DNA of 34,495 nucleotides from the NCBI GenBank assembly GCA_027031145.1, contig JALVEG010000216.1:1-34495 (forward strand), given 5' to 3'. This DNA is from Saprospiraceae bacterium. Its GTDB lineage: Bacteria; Bacteroidota; Bacteroidia; Chitinophagales; Saprospiraceae. The position numbers were made by a program, and so were the translations under genes. The notes under the pieces are model-generated. The model was not told the origin of the DNA, did not search any database, and was given only the letters and a program-made list of their open reading frames with translations. Position 1 is the first letter of the stretch; the number at the start of each line of letters is the position of its first letter. Below, one piece after another: positions 26,901-33,178 of the stretch.

Positions 26901-29113
26901 TAGTAAGAGATTGGGCAGTGATAGACTGGTGTGTATATGAACCAAATTCAGGTGCAGAAGATAATATAGATGCTATTAGCGGAACAAAATTGAACTGTTC
27001 GCAATTAGTGGAAGACGGATATTACAGATATACACAAATATTAATGGTAACTGACTTTATACCGCCTACAATAGAAGTTGAAGATGATTGTATCGGATAT
27101 ACAGACGGATGTTTTGCAAATGGAGCAACACTAAATGCACATGCAACTGATAGTTGTAATTTTGAACAGAAATTCAATTGGAAGTATCTGGTATTAAATA
27201 TGGATACATGGGATACTATCCAGTATTCATATAATTACACACCACGACCACAATCAGGAAGAAAAGGTAGTAGAAGCAAAGATAATCTGGACAGAACATC
27301 TGATGCAAGTTTGGTTATACTTGATGCATTGCCTGGAGGAACTTACAAAGTCGAATGGACTGTTGGAGACGGATGTGGAAATGCAAATACAACAGATCAA
27401 TATTTCAGAGTTGTTGATAAAAAAGCACCTACTCCTGTGATGGTTGATATCGCAACAGCCATGATGACAAATTGTAGTGTAGAAGTATGTGCTAACTGGT
27501 TTGATAAAGGAGGTTGTGATGGAAGTTGTATTTCATCTTATGATAACTGTACTGATAAAGAAGATCTTTACTTTACATTTAGCGCAGTATTACCTAAATT
27601 GGATATAAATCCATGGAAATGGCAGAAACAGCTAAATAAATATGGAAGATATTTCTATGATCCTGTGACAGGATTGATCTCTACCGAAGAGAAATATTTG
27701 TTTGGGGAAGCATTTGCATGGGATCCTGAGAAAAAGACCTCTTGCAGGATATATGGAATAGACAGGGAAGGTAATGCACCGGAATTGGTTATTGCCGTTG
27801 ATATTTACGTATGGGATCAATTTGCTGAAAATGAAGATTGCGATGACAATAATTATGATTTTGCTACTGCAATACTTACTTTGAATAACGAAGGTGATGA
27901 CTGTCCTTCTGTTGGTTCTTTAGTATCGGGAATGGTATCCCAATGCAATAATGATAAACCTGTATCAGATGTAAAAATCACATTTGACAATGGAGAACAG
28001 TTTATTAATATTTTGAATAGTTCAGATGGTATATACAAGGCAAATCTTATTGACGATAATTACTCTGTAGTTGCATCTAAACAAGAAGATGGAATATATG
28101 GATTAACAACATTGGATCTGGTAATTATTCAGAAGCATTTATTAGGAATCAAAAAGGTTAATGATGTTTGTAGATATGCTTCAATGGATGTCAACGGGGA
28201 TGGTAAAGTCTCTGCAGCTGACATATTGAATGCAAGGAGATTGATACTTGGAGTATTACCGGCAGAAATGGACTGGAGATTCCTTGATGAAGACTATGTA
28301 ATTAATAATACCGATTTAAATCATTTTTCACTGAAAGACGCATATAGAAAAACAATTTCAGTATTTGAAGGTAATACCTTAGATAATACCAACTTTACCG
28401 GAGTTAGAAGCGGAGATGTGAATTTGAGTGGCTATGGTTTGGAATCAAGAAATGGTGAAATTGTTAATTTACAAATTGATAATATAGAACTGACAGAAGA
28501 TAATGATTATGAAATTCCTGTTTATGGAAATGAATTTGAAAATATTTTTGGAGCTCAATTTACAATGGGAATCAAAGGATTGGATATTTTGAGTATTAAA
28601 CCGGGAATTTTGAATATCAATAGCAATAATTATAATATTGTTAATGATAATTTGGTACTCAGTTGGAATAATGCATTAGCTGCCGGCAGCAATGATAATG
28701 ATCCGTTATTTACATTGATTGTAAAATCCAATATCAACGGAGATTTGATAAATGTATTAAATATCAATGATAATATTGCCAAATCTGAAGTTTATTCAGG
28801 TGAAGATCTGGAGATCAGTGATTTGAAACTCGAATTTAGAAATGCAGATATGAATTATACTTTATATCAGAATGAGCCTAATCCGTTCTCCGAAGCAACT
28901 AAGATCGGATTTACATTACCTGAAGACAGTCAATTCAATTTAACTGTATTTGATTTGTCAGGAAGAATAGTTAAAGAGTTCAATTTAGAAGGCAAAGCCG
29001 GATACAATACATTGAAGATATCTAAAAAAGATATTGGATTATCAGGTGTATATTATTACAGACTGGAATCAGGCAACTTTACCGATACTAAAAAGATGAT
29101 AATATTGAAATAA
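17921..29113 (+). CDS. Giant (3730-aa) T9SS-secreted multidomain surface protein: BNR/sortilin-like propeller head, three lamin-tail-like (LTD) modules, HYR and Cys-rich Ig-like modules, dockerin-like and cohesin-like modules, type A T9SS C-terminal sorting domain
   Basis: A single uninterrupted 11,193-nt ORF with signal peptide MKLRNLFYVVMLFLLAITNIDAQ. BNR motifs are present (KTTNGGSSW, KSTDGGVTW, RTTDGGTTW, RSTDGGVNW, KSTDGGTTF, KTTDGGTNW, QTTDGGSNW). The LTD signature reads LFISQYGEPSSGNGKYIEIYNPTNATVDLSNYKI. The HYR-like stretch reads PPTVNCPADQTVYLDPGDCGVFLWYDDPDVIDNCSG. The dockerin loop is DVNGDGKVSAADILNARRLILG. The CTD reads YQNEPNPFSEATKIGFTLPEDSQFNLTVFDLSGRIVKEF...GVYYYRLESGNFTDTKKMIILK. 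Confidence 0.9.
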   Translation: MKLRNLFYVVMLFLLAITNIDAQEWTKNLPQKDPSELTFFDYQNAFYQYCDELGVDEGYYFDEYGEKHKMAGWKQFKRWEWFWEQLIDPKTGKFPNFSAEDMVRKYYNPPQQLPNGLATATWTSLGPISSGGGYAGLGRINCIAFHPTDNNTFWVGTPAGGIWKTTNGGSSWTVLNNGTGVLGVSDIVIPSDYAASHTIYIATGDRDATDNRSIGVLKSTDGGVTWNTTALNYNLSQNQLVTRLLLDPNDDNTLIAVTKDGVFRTTDGGTTWPMISNPAYYFIDMEYKPGDFNTLYGATRSSGDIWRSTDGGVNWTRVLNSAGSRVELAVSPANASVVYALVGAPDNSLFGVYKSTNSGASFSLVYDGSLANHNLLGYYTDQSGSGGQAFYDLSLEVSNTDANTVFVGGVITFKSTDGGTTFNAISCWTASNTYNSAGVPVVHADKHKLQYRSNGDLFECNDGGVYISNDNGSTWTDKTNGMVISQMYRLGVSQTVATETQCGLQDNGTKLITGGVWSDVRGGDGMECIIDYTDVNVQYNTYTNGKIDRTDNHWMNSHSIKPTGSDGAWVTPYVLDPVDHNTVYAGYQHIYKSTDKGENWSIIYNLDSGDKFRALAVAPSNTQYIYASEPYTLWKTTDGGTNWTDITTGLPGGFITYIAIKNDDPNTVWVTLSTYTGNSVYQTTDGGSNWTNISTGLPAVPVNTIVQDKLVTDQVDLYAGTYNGVYYKAGAANWAPFNGGLPNVDVRELEIYYAPNPSDSKLRAASYGRGLWETPIIAPCSVTITQSDEGDCNDNGTGSNAADDWFDITFNATAVSSVSTQYQVVLNANADGTGGTVLGTSDYGTAITVGTSSNPPFVADGATTYNITIRDATNNTCHADYTTTPVASCSNAIADCSQLFISQYGEPSSGNGKYIEIYNPTNATVDLSNYKIWKISNGGNWPEATINLNGESIAAYDVFVIANNSMDVPGADKYSGSISFNGDDAMGLAYNGGSGSTFSLIDAIGEDGPDPGNGWDVAGITNATKNHTLVRKSTVKVPNTDWDASRGTNTSDSEWEVQTYNQNDLGSHTSDCYTPPVCSLTDAGLDNVNCNNNGTGNNSSDDYITFTLDPQGQNTGTTYNVTVPSGYTVTPTSGTYGASTPTLFQLNNGSAGGGDVTVTITDADDSDCTLDVTVTDPGSCSVTIYIDNHGGPTIADPCTCAGDGLFDEEVVVHSNPGETWTVSANTGYLDPNTLVEFTVGTTLTEISPGVYSLVGKHRDDIGYDLTVQGGPAGVTPIILSINNLCWYPDPSITGLDNQYCENDPAVTLTGSAQLGDGSGPAPEESHDFSINGVGGATQFDPAALGAGSYQVIYTFDAEDDDPDEHHPGCVAYDTMDVVVNALPNVVAASNSPICEGEDILLQETGGEADTWSWTGPNGFTSTDQNPVISDATVAASGTYTVVGTNSTTGCENETTVDVVVNPKPDEPVVDDITVCEGESTLIVPQQTGGGGGTPTCGLTGDVSITGIMDGPLTGGVPKFVELYVHNTTDFTGWSVRNHNNGGAGVSNETDLSSLGTINAGEYVYVIRWGNNGANEQAFLDWFGLTQAEYDAMNTIAGPAPNVNGDDAVTLFDGTNIIDQYGVVGVDGTGQTWEYKDGWAYRNNETGPDGTNFDDTEWTYSGPDALDGETSNATAQTPFPIGTYTCSTVTGDALFNFYTDAALTNLVAGPATSYDPGTTPANSPQSIWVTQIDTTSGCESDAVEVVVTVYEQPSADAGDNQFFCDLPASIQLNATANYDGQWTTTGAGTIAYATNTSTTYSPVAADLGTTVIMTWTTGSPAGATCEAAVDSMGVTFVPPTEDAEFSYTQDEYCPEDGNPTVTHTTGVDGIYTWEAIDPNNNLVIDKHTGEIDMNASDWGIYDITNTVDGRGNLIITGVIDGPITGGLPKAIELYVVKDITDLSRYGLESANNGNGSAGTPEYTFPDDAVAAGTYIWVATEALQFNNFFGEDPTYTNGVASINGDDAIVLYNDGQVIDVFGDVNTDGTGQPWEYKDGWAYRNNNTGPDGTLFDLDNWSFSGPDALDGETSNATAQTPFPMGSFTTTFSASCDANTHTERITVGDIEPPTVNCPADQTVYLDPGDCGVFLWYDDPDVIDNCSGDPVITKIAGPDKGSEFTLLGSPYTIEFEVYDANGNGPVNCSFDIAIEGYPNPLDGVMACNDVVKVSLDSNCVVQMNADNFLEGGPYHCYNMFQVYVDDPAYSGVNVTNEKIHLDPGTYMVTVADAANGNNSCMTTMIVQDKLEPTLECNCPAGGLFPEGSEWSEPINGKFFWNDKMFDIHNNCYNFGSEEFLPGHDFHYYDVYPVQVSADGDYSLIMTDDNSKAILGVYEDNFNSAEVCNNLIWGDGGYYNFFGSFYVEPNTTVTLEAGKQYYIVVSDFDSGFKGKYTLEMIPPTGAQIYFTQSIYDDKCVLYGCYNPKKDYSDKFEIPEVIDNCDIANPVLISSEFVDSDNCGIQKLVNTWQTTDLGGNVATCTQEYVFQGLTLGKLEWPKNYDNLPFNNPMLECDGLYPLDENGNPSPYNKGGLEGTGKPKGFGNTCAAEIFYYDEVHPLDCGTKILRHWTLVDDCTGAVYTHTQIIRITDTTAPTFMVPDNIEAKTKAYICNSNIEVPAIMHLEDNCCTDLKWWVTTDMGFDISGDINGNGYVDANETWTLLNVPTGTYELCYHAVDCCDNQTDQCITIHVFDGNPPIAVCEQYKQVSLTAMGNARVYALDFDSGSFDNCNPVYFKVLRVGDDQNYDGGCENLNGDDRPATATIDVWYDDEVSYCCEDAQSEVMTSLRVFDVDPGAGPVYPSRMEPGGDLYGHYNDCWSIVKVECKIPPALDCPPVSISCEESLDPNENPKLWPNVISVCGYELDYSDNRDMGICGANIVRTWTATGCGKATQCKQKISIETTEPFDPCTIKFPRDVKADCSKELRDGGEPKWDENPCNIVTAEIINEDTFKFVDGACYKIVRDWAVIDWCVYEPNSGAEDNIDAISGTKLNCSQLVEDGYYRYTQILMVTDFIPPTIEVEDDCIGYTDGCFANGATLNAHATDSCNFEQKFNWKYLVLNMDTWDTIQYSYNYTPRPQSGRKGSRSKDNLDRTSDASLVILDALPGGTYKVEWTVGDGCGNANTTDQYFRVVDKKAPTPVMVDIATAMMTNCSVEVCANWFDKGGCDGSCISSYDNCTDKEDLYFTFSAVLPKLDINPWKWQKQLNKYGRYFYDPVTGLISTEEKYLFGEAFAWDPEKKTSCRIYGIDREGNAPELVIAVDIYVWDQFAENEDCDDNNYDFATAILTLNNEGDDCPSVGSLVSGMVSQCNNDKPVSDVKITFDNGEQFINILNSSDGIYKANLIDDNYSVVASKQEDGIYGLTTLDLVIIQKHLLGIKKVNDVCRYASMDVNGDGKVSAADILNARRLILGVLPAEMDWRFLDEDYVINNTDLNHFSLKDAYRKTISVFEGNTLDNTNFTGVRSGDVNLSGYGLESRNGEIVNLQIDNIELTEDNDYEIPVYGNEFENIFGAQFTMGIKGLDILSIKPGILNINSNNYNIVNDNLVLSWNNALAAGSNDNDPLFTLIVKSNINGDLINVLNINDNIAKSEVYSGEDLEISDLKLEFRNADMNYTLYQNEPNPFSEATKIGFTLPEDSQFNLTVFDLSGRIVKEFNLEGKAGYNTLKISKKDIGLSGVYYYRLESGNFTDTKKMIILK

Positions 29114-29133
29114 CAATCAATATAGGATAAATG

Positions 29134-29170
29134 AAAAAGCTGACTCTTTTTTAAGGGTCAGCTTTTTTTT
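29134..29170. terminator. Bidirectional rho-independent terminator between convergent genes
   Basis: The stem agctgactc (29138-29146) pairs with gggtcagct (29155-29163), including one G-U pair. It is flanked by an A5 run upstream and a T8 run downstream. It lies between the giant gene stop (29113) and the decarboxylase stop (29187). Confidence 0.75.
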
Positions 29171-29186
29171 ATATTTGTTTTTGATT

Positions 29187-30281
29187 TTAAAAATCCAATT
29201 CTTTGGGTCCTGTTCCCATATAGTCTTTTATATAATCCCCGTCTTTACAAAACCTGACTAAATTGTCATCTATAAATTTCTGCACCTGAATGGAATAGGC
29301 ATCCGGATAAAGTAAATGAACATTTGGACCTGCATCCAGACTGAAAAAAGCGGGAATTTTAGTATTTTTTCTGAAAGTTTTTATCTGATTTATGATATTC
29401 AATGTGTTTGGTTCCATTAAAACATAAGCAGGACTGGAACTCATCATCAAACCATGTAAAGTAAATGCTTCATTTTCTACAATTTCTCCAAAAGTTTCAA
29501 AATCTCCGCTTTTTAATGCATTTAACAGAAAATATAACCTTTTATTAGCCTGCAATATCCTGCCATCTTTGAATCTGTGGGAACTCATAATGGCATGACC
29601 GTCACTTGAAGATTTGCTTTTAGCGTTTTTGCTTACAATTAATATATCATCATGAAATTTCCTGAAATTATCATGCAAATGTTTCTTCACCGGAATAGCA
29701 AAATAATTTGAAGATTCAGGTATTTTTTCAGTATGCCCCCATAACGCAGCTTTAGGATAAACAGATCTACAGGCACTACCACTACCCAATCTTGCAATAA
29801 ATGATGCTTTTTCAAAAAATTCCTTTGTCGAAATTTCAGTATCAAAAATATTTCTTTCTATCGAACATAAAGATAATGCCAAACTACTCATACTGGAAGC
29901 TGATGATGCAATTCCCGATGAATGTGGAAAAGAATTATCAGAGTGTATTTCAAGTTTTAACTGAGTAATAAATGGAAATATTTCTTTTAGGTTTTTGAAG
30001 TATTTATTTATTCTTCTGGCAAAATCCGGTTTTAATTTTCCTTCAAAATAAAAATCAAGATCAATTTTTCCATTATCTTTTTTCTTTTGCTTATATTCGA
30101 TTGTCGTTTGAGTGTATGCCTGACTTAAAGTAAAACTTATAGAGGGATTTAACGGTAATTGATTGCCGTATTTACCCCAATATTTTATTAAGGCAATATT
30201 TGAAGGGCTTTTCCATCCAACTGTACCATTTACTTCCTTCTTGCTGTCAATTTTTAATTTTGGATTGTCGTATATATTCAT
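29187..30281 (-). CDS. mvaD: Diphosphomevalonate (mevalonate pyrophosphate) decarboxylase
   Basis: 364 aa. It carries the GHMP-kinase-superfamily MVD motifs NIALIKYWGK, SSGIASSASSMSSLA and GSGSACRS, with a typical length. Confidence 0.9.
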   Translation of the reverse strand: MNIYDNPKLKIDSKKEVNGTVGWKSPSNIALIKYWGKYGNQLPLNPSISFTLSQAYTQTTIEYKQKKKDNGKIDLDFYFEGKLKPDFARRINKYFKNLKEIFPFITQLKLEIHSDNSFPHSSGIASSASSMSSLALSLCSIERNIFDTEISTKEFFEKASFIARLGSGSACRSVYPKAALWGHTEKIPESSNYFAIPVKKHLHDNFRKFHDDILIVSKNAKSKSSSDGHAIMSSHRFKDGRILQANKRLYFLLNALKSGDFETFGEIVENEAFTLHGLMMSSSPAYVLMEPNTLNIINQIKTFRKNTKIPAFFSLDAGPNVHLLYPDAYSIQVQKFIDDNLVRFCKDGDYIKDYMGTGPKELDF

Positions 30282-30395
30282 ATATGAAATTATTTGTAAA
30301 AGAGGCTATTAATAAATAGAGAGATTACTATTCCACAGAATCGATATGCAATAAGATTAATTGAGTGCGAAAATACTAAAAAATAGAATATTATC

Positions 30396-31055
30396 TTATT
30401 TTTTATTCTCTTTTTTCAATAAATTTGCATTGAGGATGGGATCGTCTACATTATCGAAACTAAAATCCAGTAAAACAGCATCCAAAGGTTTGTCTTTGCC
30501 CTTAATATATCCTTCTTTCAAATTATAACCGTATAGTTTGCCGAATTGATGCCAGTAAAATGCTGTAAATCCATTCCTCATCTTTTTTATCAAATCATAA
30601 AATGGCATTTCGGTTTCCTTTTCAATCATTTTAATTAGAATCTTTCCCTGGGTCCTGCTAAGAGCTTTCAGTTGTTTTTTGAAATTGTATTCCAATTGCC
30701 TGTATGTTAATTTAATATATCTCTTCCTTTTCGAAGGTTTCATATTTTTAGTTATGTCATCCATCTTGTTAAGGATATTTATTGCATCTTTGGCATAAGG
30801 ATAAACTATTGCAGCAAAATACTTGTATTTTAGATATCTTTTGTATTCTTCATTTGTTGCAAAACTTCTGGGTGAACTTACACTCATCGTATCCAGATCA
30901 GCAAGGATTACAGTATCTCCATCTACAACCATTGTCGAATAAACTTTTCCGTTTATGGTAACTTTTCCTTTTGACTTTGTGATTTGTGAATTAACATTAT
31001 ATGAAATCAGGAAAAATATTATTAATAAAAGAGATATTTTTTTTATTTTTATCAT
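30396..31055 (-). CDS. Secreted DUF4294-like protein
   Basis: 219 aa with signal peptide MIKIKKISLLLIIFFLISYNVNSQ. The pattern YKRYLKYKYFAAIVYPYAKDA...RKRYIKLTYRQLEYNFKKQLKALSRTQGKILIKMIEKETEMPFYDLIKKMRNGFTAFYWHQFGKLYGYNLKEGY matches my recollection of the Bacteroidota DUF4294 family. This was not searched. Confidence 0.6.
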   Translation of the reverse strand: MIKIKKISLLLIIFFLISYNVNSQITKSKGKVTINGKVYSTMVVDGDTVILADLDTMSVSSPRSFATNEEYKRYLKYKYFAAIVYPYAKDAINILNKMDDITKNMKPSKRKRYIKLTYRQLEYNFKKQLKALSRTQGKILIKMIEKETEMPFYDLIKKMRNGFTAFYWHQFGKLYGYNLKEGYIKGKDKPLDAVLLDFSFDNVDDPILNANLLKKENKK

Positions 31056-31160
31056 AATTTGTTTAGAATTTGAAACGTTTTCCAGGGTGAATGTGTTTTG
31101 TTATTATAATATTTTATTAATACAACAATTATTTTTAATAATAATTTAACTTTTTTCTAT

Positions 31161-31168
31161 TAATTTTG
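31161..31168 (+). promoter_or_regulatory. Candidate Bacteroidota -7 promoter box (TAATTTTG) for the panD operon
   Basis: Exact TAnnTTTG match 30 nt upstream of the panD ATG, in the divergent intergenic region. Confidence 0.45.
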
Positions 31169-31197
31169 TTGGAAATAATGTATTAAATATAAAACTG

Positions 31198-31548
31198 ATG
31201 CTGTTACAAATAAGAAAATCTAAAATTCATAAAGCTACTATAACAGATGCTAATCTTAATTACGAGGGAAGTATAACCATTGACGAGGAGTTGATGGAAG
31301 CTACAAATATAATAGCAGGAGAACGGGTCCAGATCGTTAATAACTACAATGGAGAGAGAATTGAAACTTATGTTATAAAAGGAGAAAGGGGCTCCGGTAC
31401 AGTTTGTCTTAATGGTGCGGCTGCCAGAAGGGCGGAGATCGGCGATGTTGTAATAATTATTTCTTATGCTTATATGACTCCTGAAGAAGCAAAAAACTTT
31501 AAACCGCTTACTGTTTTTGTTGATGAAAAAAACCAGATAAAAAAGTAG
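31198..31548 (+). CDS. panD: Aspartate 1-decarboxylase (pyruvoyl-dependent)
   Basis: 116 aa beginning [29 protein letters not shown], with the self-cleavage Gly-Ser (YEGS) site. The downstream stretch [21 protein letters not shown] is also present. Confidence 0.95.
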   Translation: MLLQIRKSKIHKATITDANLNYEGSITIDEELMEATNIIAGERVQIVNNYNGERIETYVIKGERGSGTVCLNGAAARRAEIGDVVIIISYAYMTPEEAKNFKPLTVFVDEKNQIKK

Positions 31549-31549
31549 T

Positions 31550-32629
31550 TTGATTTCAAGATATCATATTAAGAATTTTGCAAAATTCCTTATATTTTTA
31601 GGGATTGGTGTTGCTATCATGTATTTTGTTTATATCAACCAAAGTGAAGCATACAAACAGGAATGCTTACTCAAGGGAATTGCTGAAAAAGATTGCAGTT
31701 TAATAAAAAAAGTTTATAGTGATTTTCTTCATTCCAATTTATTTTATCTTTTAGGTGTTATCTTCCTTTTCTTTTTATCCAATATTTCAAGGGCGATCCG
31801 TTGGCAAATGATGATGAAGCCCATCGGGATCAAAGCTAAATTCAAGACAGCTTTTCATAGTATTATGCTGGGATATTTTGCTAATTTAGGGATTCCCAGA
31901 ATCGGTGAATTTGTAAGAGCGGGAGCATTGGCAAAAAAAGAGAATGTGAAATTTGATAAGGTGATGGGTACTATTGTTCTTGACAGATTGCTGGATGTTT
32001 TTAGTTTGATGCTGGTTTTTTTGATAACCATCATAATCTCATCCGGTCAGATCCTGAATTTTATTTCCAGTAATAGTAATCTTGCTGATAAAATAAATAA
32101 TTTTATTAACAGCAATATTTTTAGGATAATTGTAGTTACCGGAGTTGTTGCTTTGATTATATTTTTTAAAAGCAAAAGATTCAAAAATAGTTTTATCGGA
32201 AAGAAATCTTTCAATTTTCTCAAAGGGATAGCGGAAGGAATAAAAAGCATAAAATCAGTAGAAAAACCCGGCTGGTTTATATTTCATTCCATATTCATCT
32301 GGTTTATGTATTTTATGATGAATTACGTTGGATTCAAAGCTTTTGCTCCTACTGCTTCTCTGGGCTTGAAAGCTGCTATCACTGTATTTACATTTGGAAG
32401 CCTCGGTATTGTAATACCTTCTCCCGGAGGAATGGGAACATATCATTTTTTGGTGATTGAAGCATTAAAACTATATGGGGTTAATGGTAGTGATGGTTTT
32501 TCTTATGCAAATATTATTTTCTTTTCTGTTCAGATAATAGGGATAATCGCATTTGGAATCTTAGCGTTGTTTTCTTTAAACATAAGTACTAAAAAATTGT
32601 CAGATGAATTACAAAAACAAAATATTTAG
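31550..32629 (+). CDS. Flippase-like / lysylphosphatidylglycerol-synthase-TM-region family membrane protein (UPF0104-like)
   Basis: 359 aa, about 8 hydrophobic helices, with the motif [14 protein letters not shown]...[26 protein letters not shown] start lies 2 nt after the panD stop, and the gene overlaps the next one by 26 nt. The start codon is uncertain. Confidence 0.7.
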   Translation: MISRYHIKNFAKFLIFLGIGVAIMYFVYINQSEAYKQECLLKGIAEKDCSLIKKVYSDFLHSNLFYLLGVIFLFFLSNISRAIRWQMMMKPIGIKAKFKTAFHSIMLGYFANLGIPRIGEFVRAGALAKKENVKFDKVMGTIVLDRLLDVFSLMLVFLITIIISSGQILNFISSNSNLADKINNFINSNIFRIIVVTGVVALIIFFKSKRFKNSFIGKKSFNFLKGIAEGIKSIKSVEKPGWFIFHSIFIWFMYFMMNYVGFKAFAPTASLGLKAAITVFTFGSLGIVIPSPGGMGTYHFLVIEALKLYGVNGSDGFSYANIIFFSVQIIGIIAFGILALFSLNISTKKLSDELQKQNI

Positions 32630-33089
32630 TACTTTAAATACTAAAGCACTTGCATTAATAAATAAATGGAAAGAATCGGGTCAAAAGATCGTTTTCACTA
32701 ACGGATGTTTTGATATTTTACATAGTGGTCATATCAAATATCTTTCAGAAGCTGCAGATTTTGGTGATAAATTGATTGTCGGATTGAATAGTGATACCTC
32801 TGTCAAAAGATTAAAAGGAGAAAACAGACCGGTTAAATCACAGGAATGCAGAGCAGATATTTTAGCATCAATATCCGGAGTAGATATGGTGATTATTTTT
32901 GATGAGGATACTCCTTTGGATTTAATTGAAAAAATATTGCCTGATATATTGGTTAAAGGAGGAGATTGGAAACCGGATCAGATCGTTGGATCGGATATTG
33001 TTATGAAAAATGGAGGACAAGTAAAATCCCTTACTTTTTTAGAAGGGTTTTCAAGTAGTAGAATTATTGATAAGATAAAAAATGGTTAA
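32604..33089 (+). CDS. rfaE2: Cytidylyl/adenylyltransferase of the RfaE domain II type (D-glycero-beta-D-manno-heptose-1-phosphate adenylyltransferase-like)
   Basis: 161 aa. It shows the nucleotidyltransferase signature [17 protein letters not shown], then [21 protein letters not shown] and DILVKGGDW. The actual substrate cannot be read from the sequence. Confidence 0.8.
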   Translation: MNYKNKIFSTLNTKALALINKWKESGQKIVFTNGCFDILHSGHIKYLSEAADFGDKLIVGLNSDTSVKRLKGENRPVKSQECRADILASISGVDMVIIFDEDTPLDLIEKILPDILVKGGDWKPDQIVGSDIVMKNGGQVKSLTFLEGFSSSRIIDKIKNG

Positions 33090-33178
33090 AGAGAGAATAG
33101 TGCACCACACAAGAAATAATTACACATATTTACTTAATTCTTGCGTGACACACTATATATGCACAGCCGTTTTTTTTA

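Noticed and set aside
18029-28038. About 20 short ORFs on both strands inside the 3730-aa gene (for example 23123-23578, 24536-24958, 20707-20985, 23751-23963)
   Set aside because: They are embedded in a continuous 11.2-kb ORF whose translation shows coherent domain motifs throughout. The alternatives are Cys/Ile/Ser-rich low-complexity translations typical of off-frame reading.
30955-31149. 64-aa plus-strand ORF in the DUF4294/panD divergent region
   Set aside because: It overlaps the 5' end of the DUF4294-like gene in antisense, and its remainder is AT-rich promoter DNA. The translation is low-complexity Ile/Phe/Leu-rich.
32047-32446. Minus-strand ORFs 32047-32250 and 32255-32446 inside the flippase-like gene
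   Set aside because: These are antisense shadows within a coherent multi-TM ORF, with no motifs.
33106-33147. Hairpin cacacaagaa / ttcttgcgtg as a terminator between the convergent rfaE2-type and tail-fibre genes
   Set aside because: The stem is only 9 of 10 bp with a 22-nt loop, is AT-rich, and has no adjacent U-tract on the plus strand. That is too weak to call.
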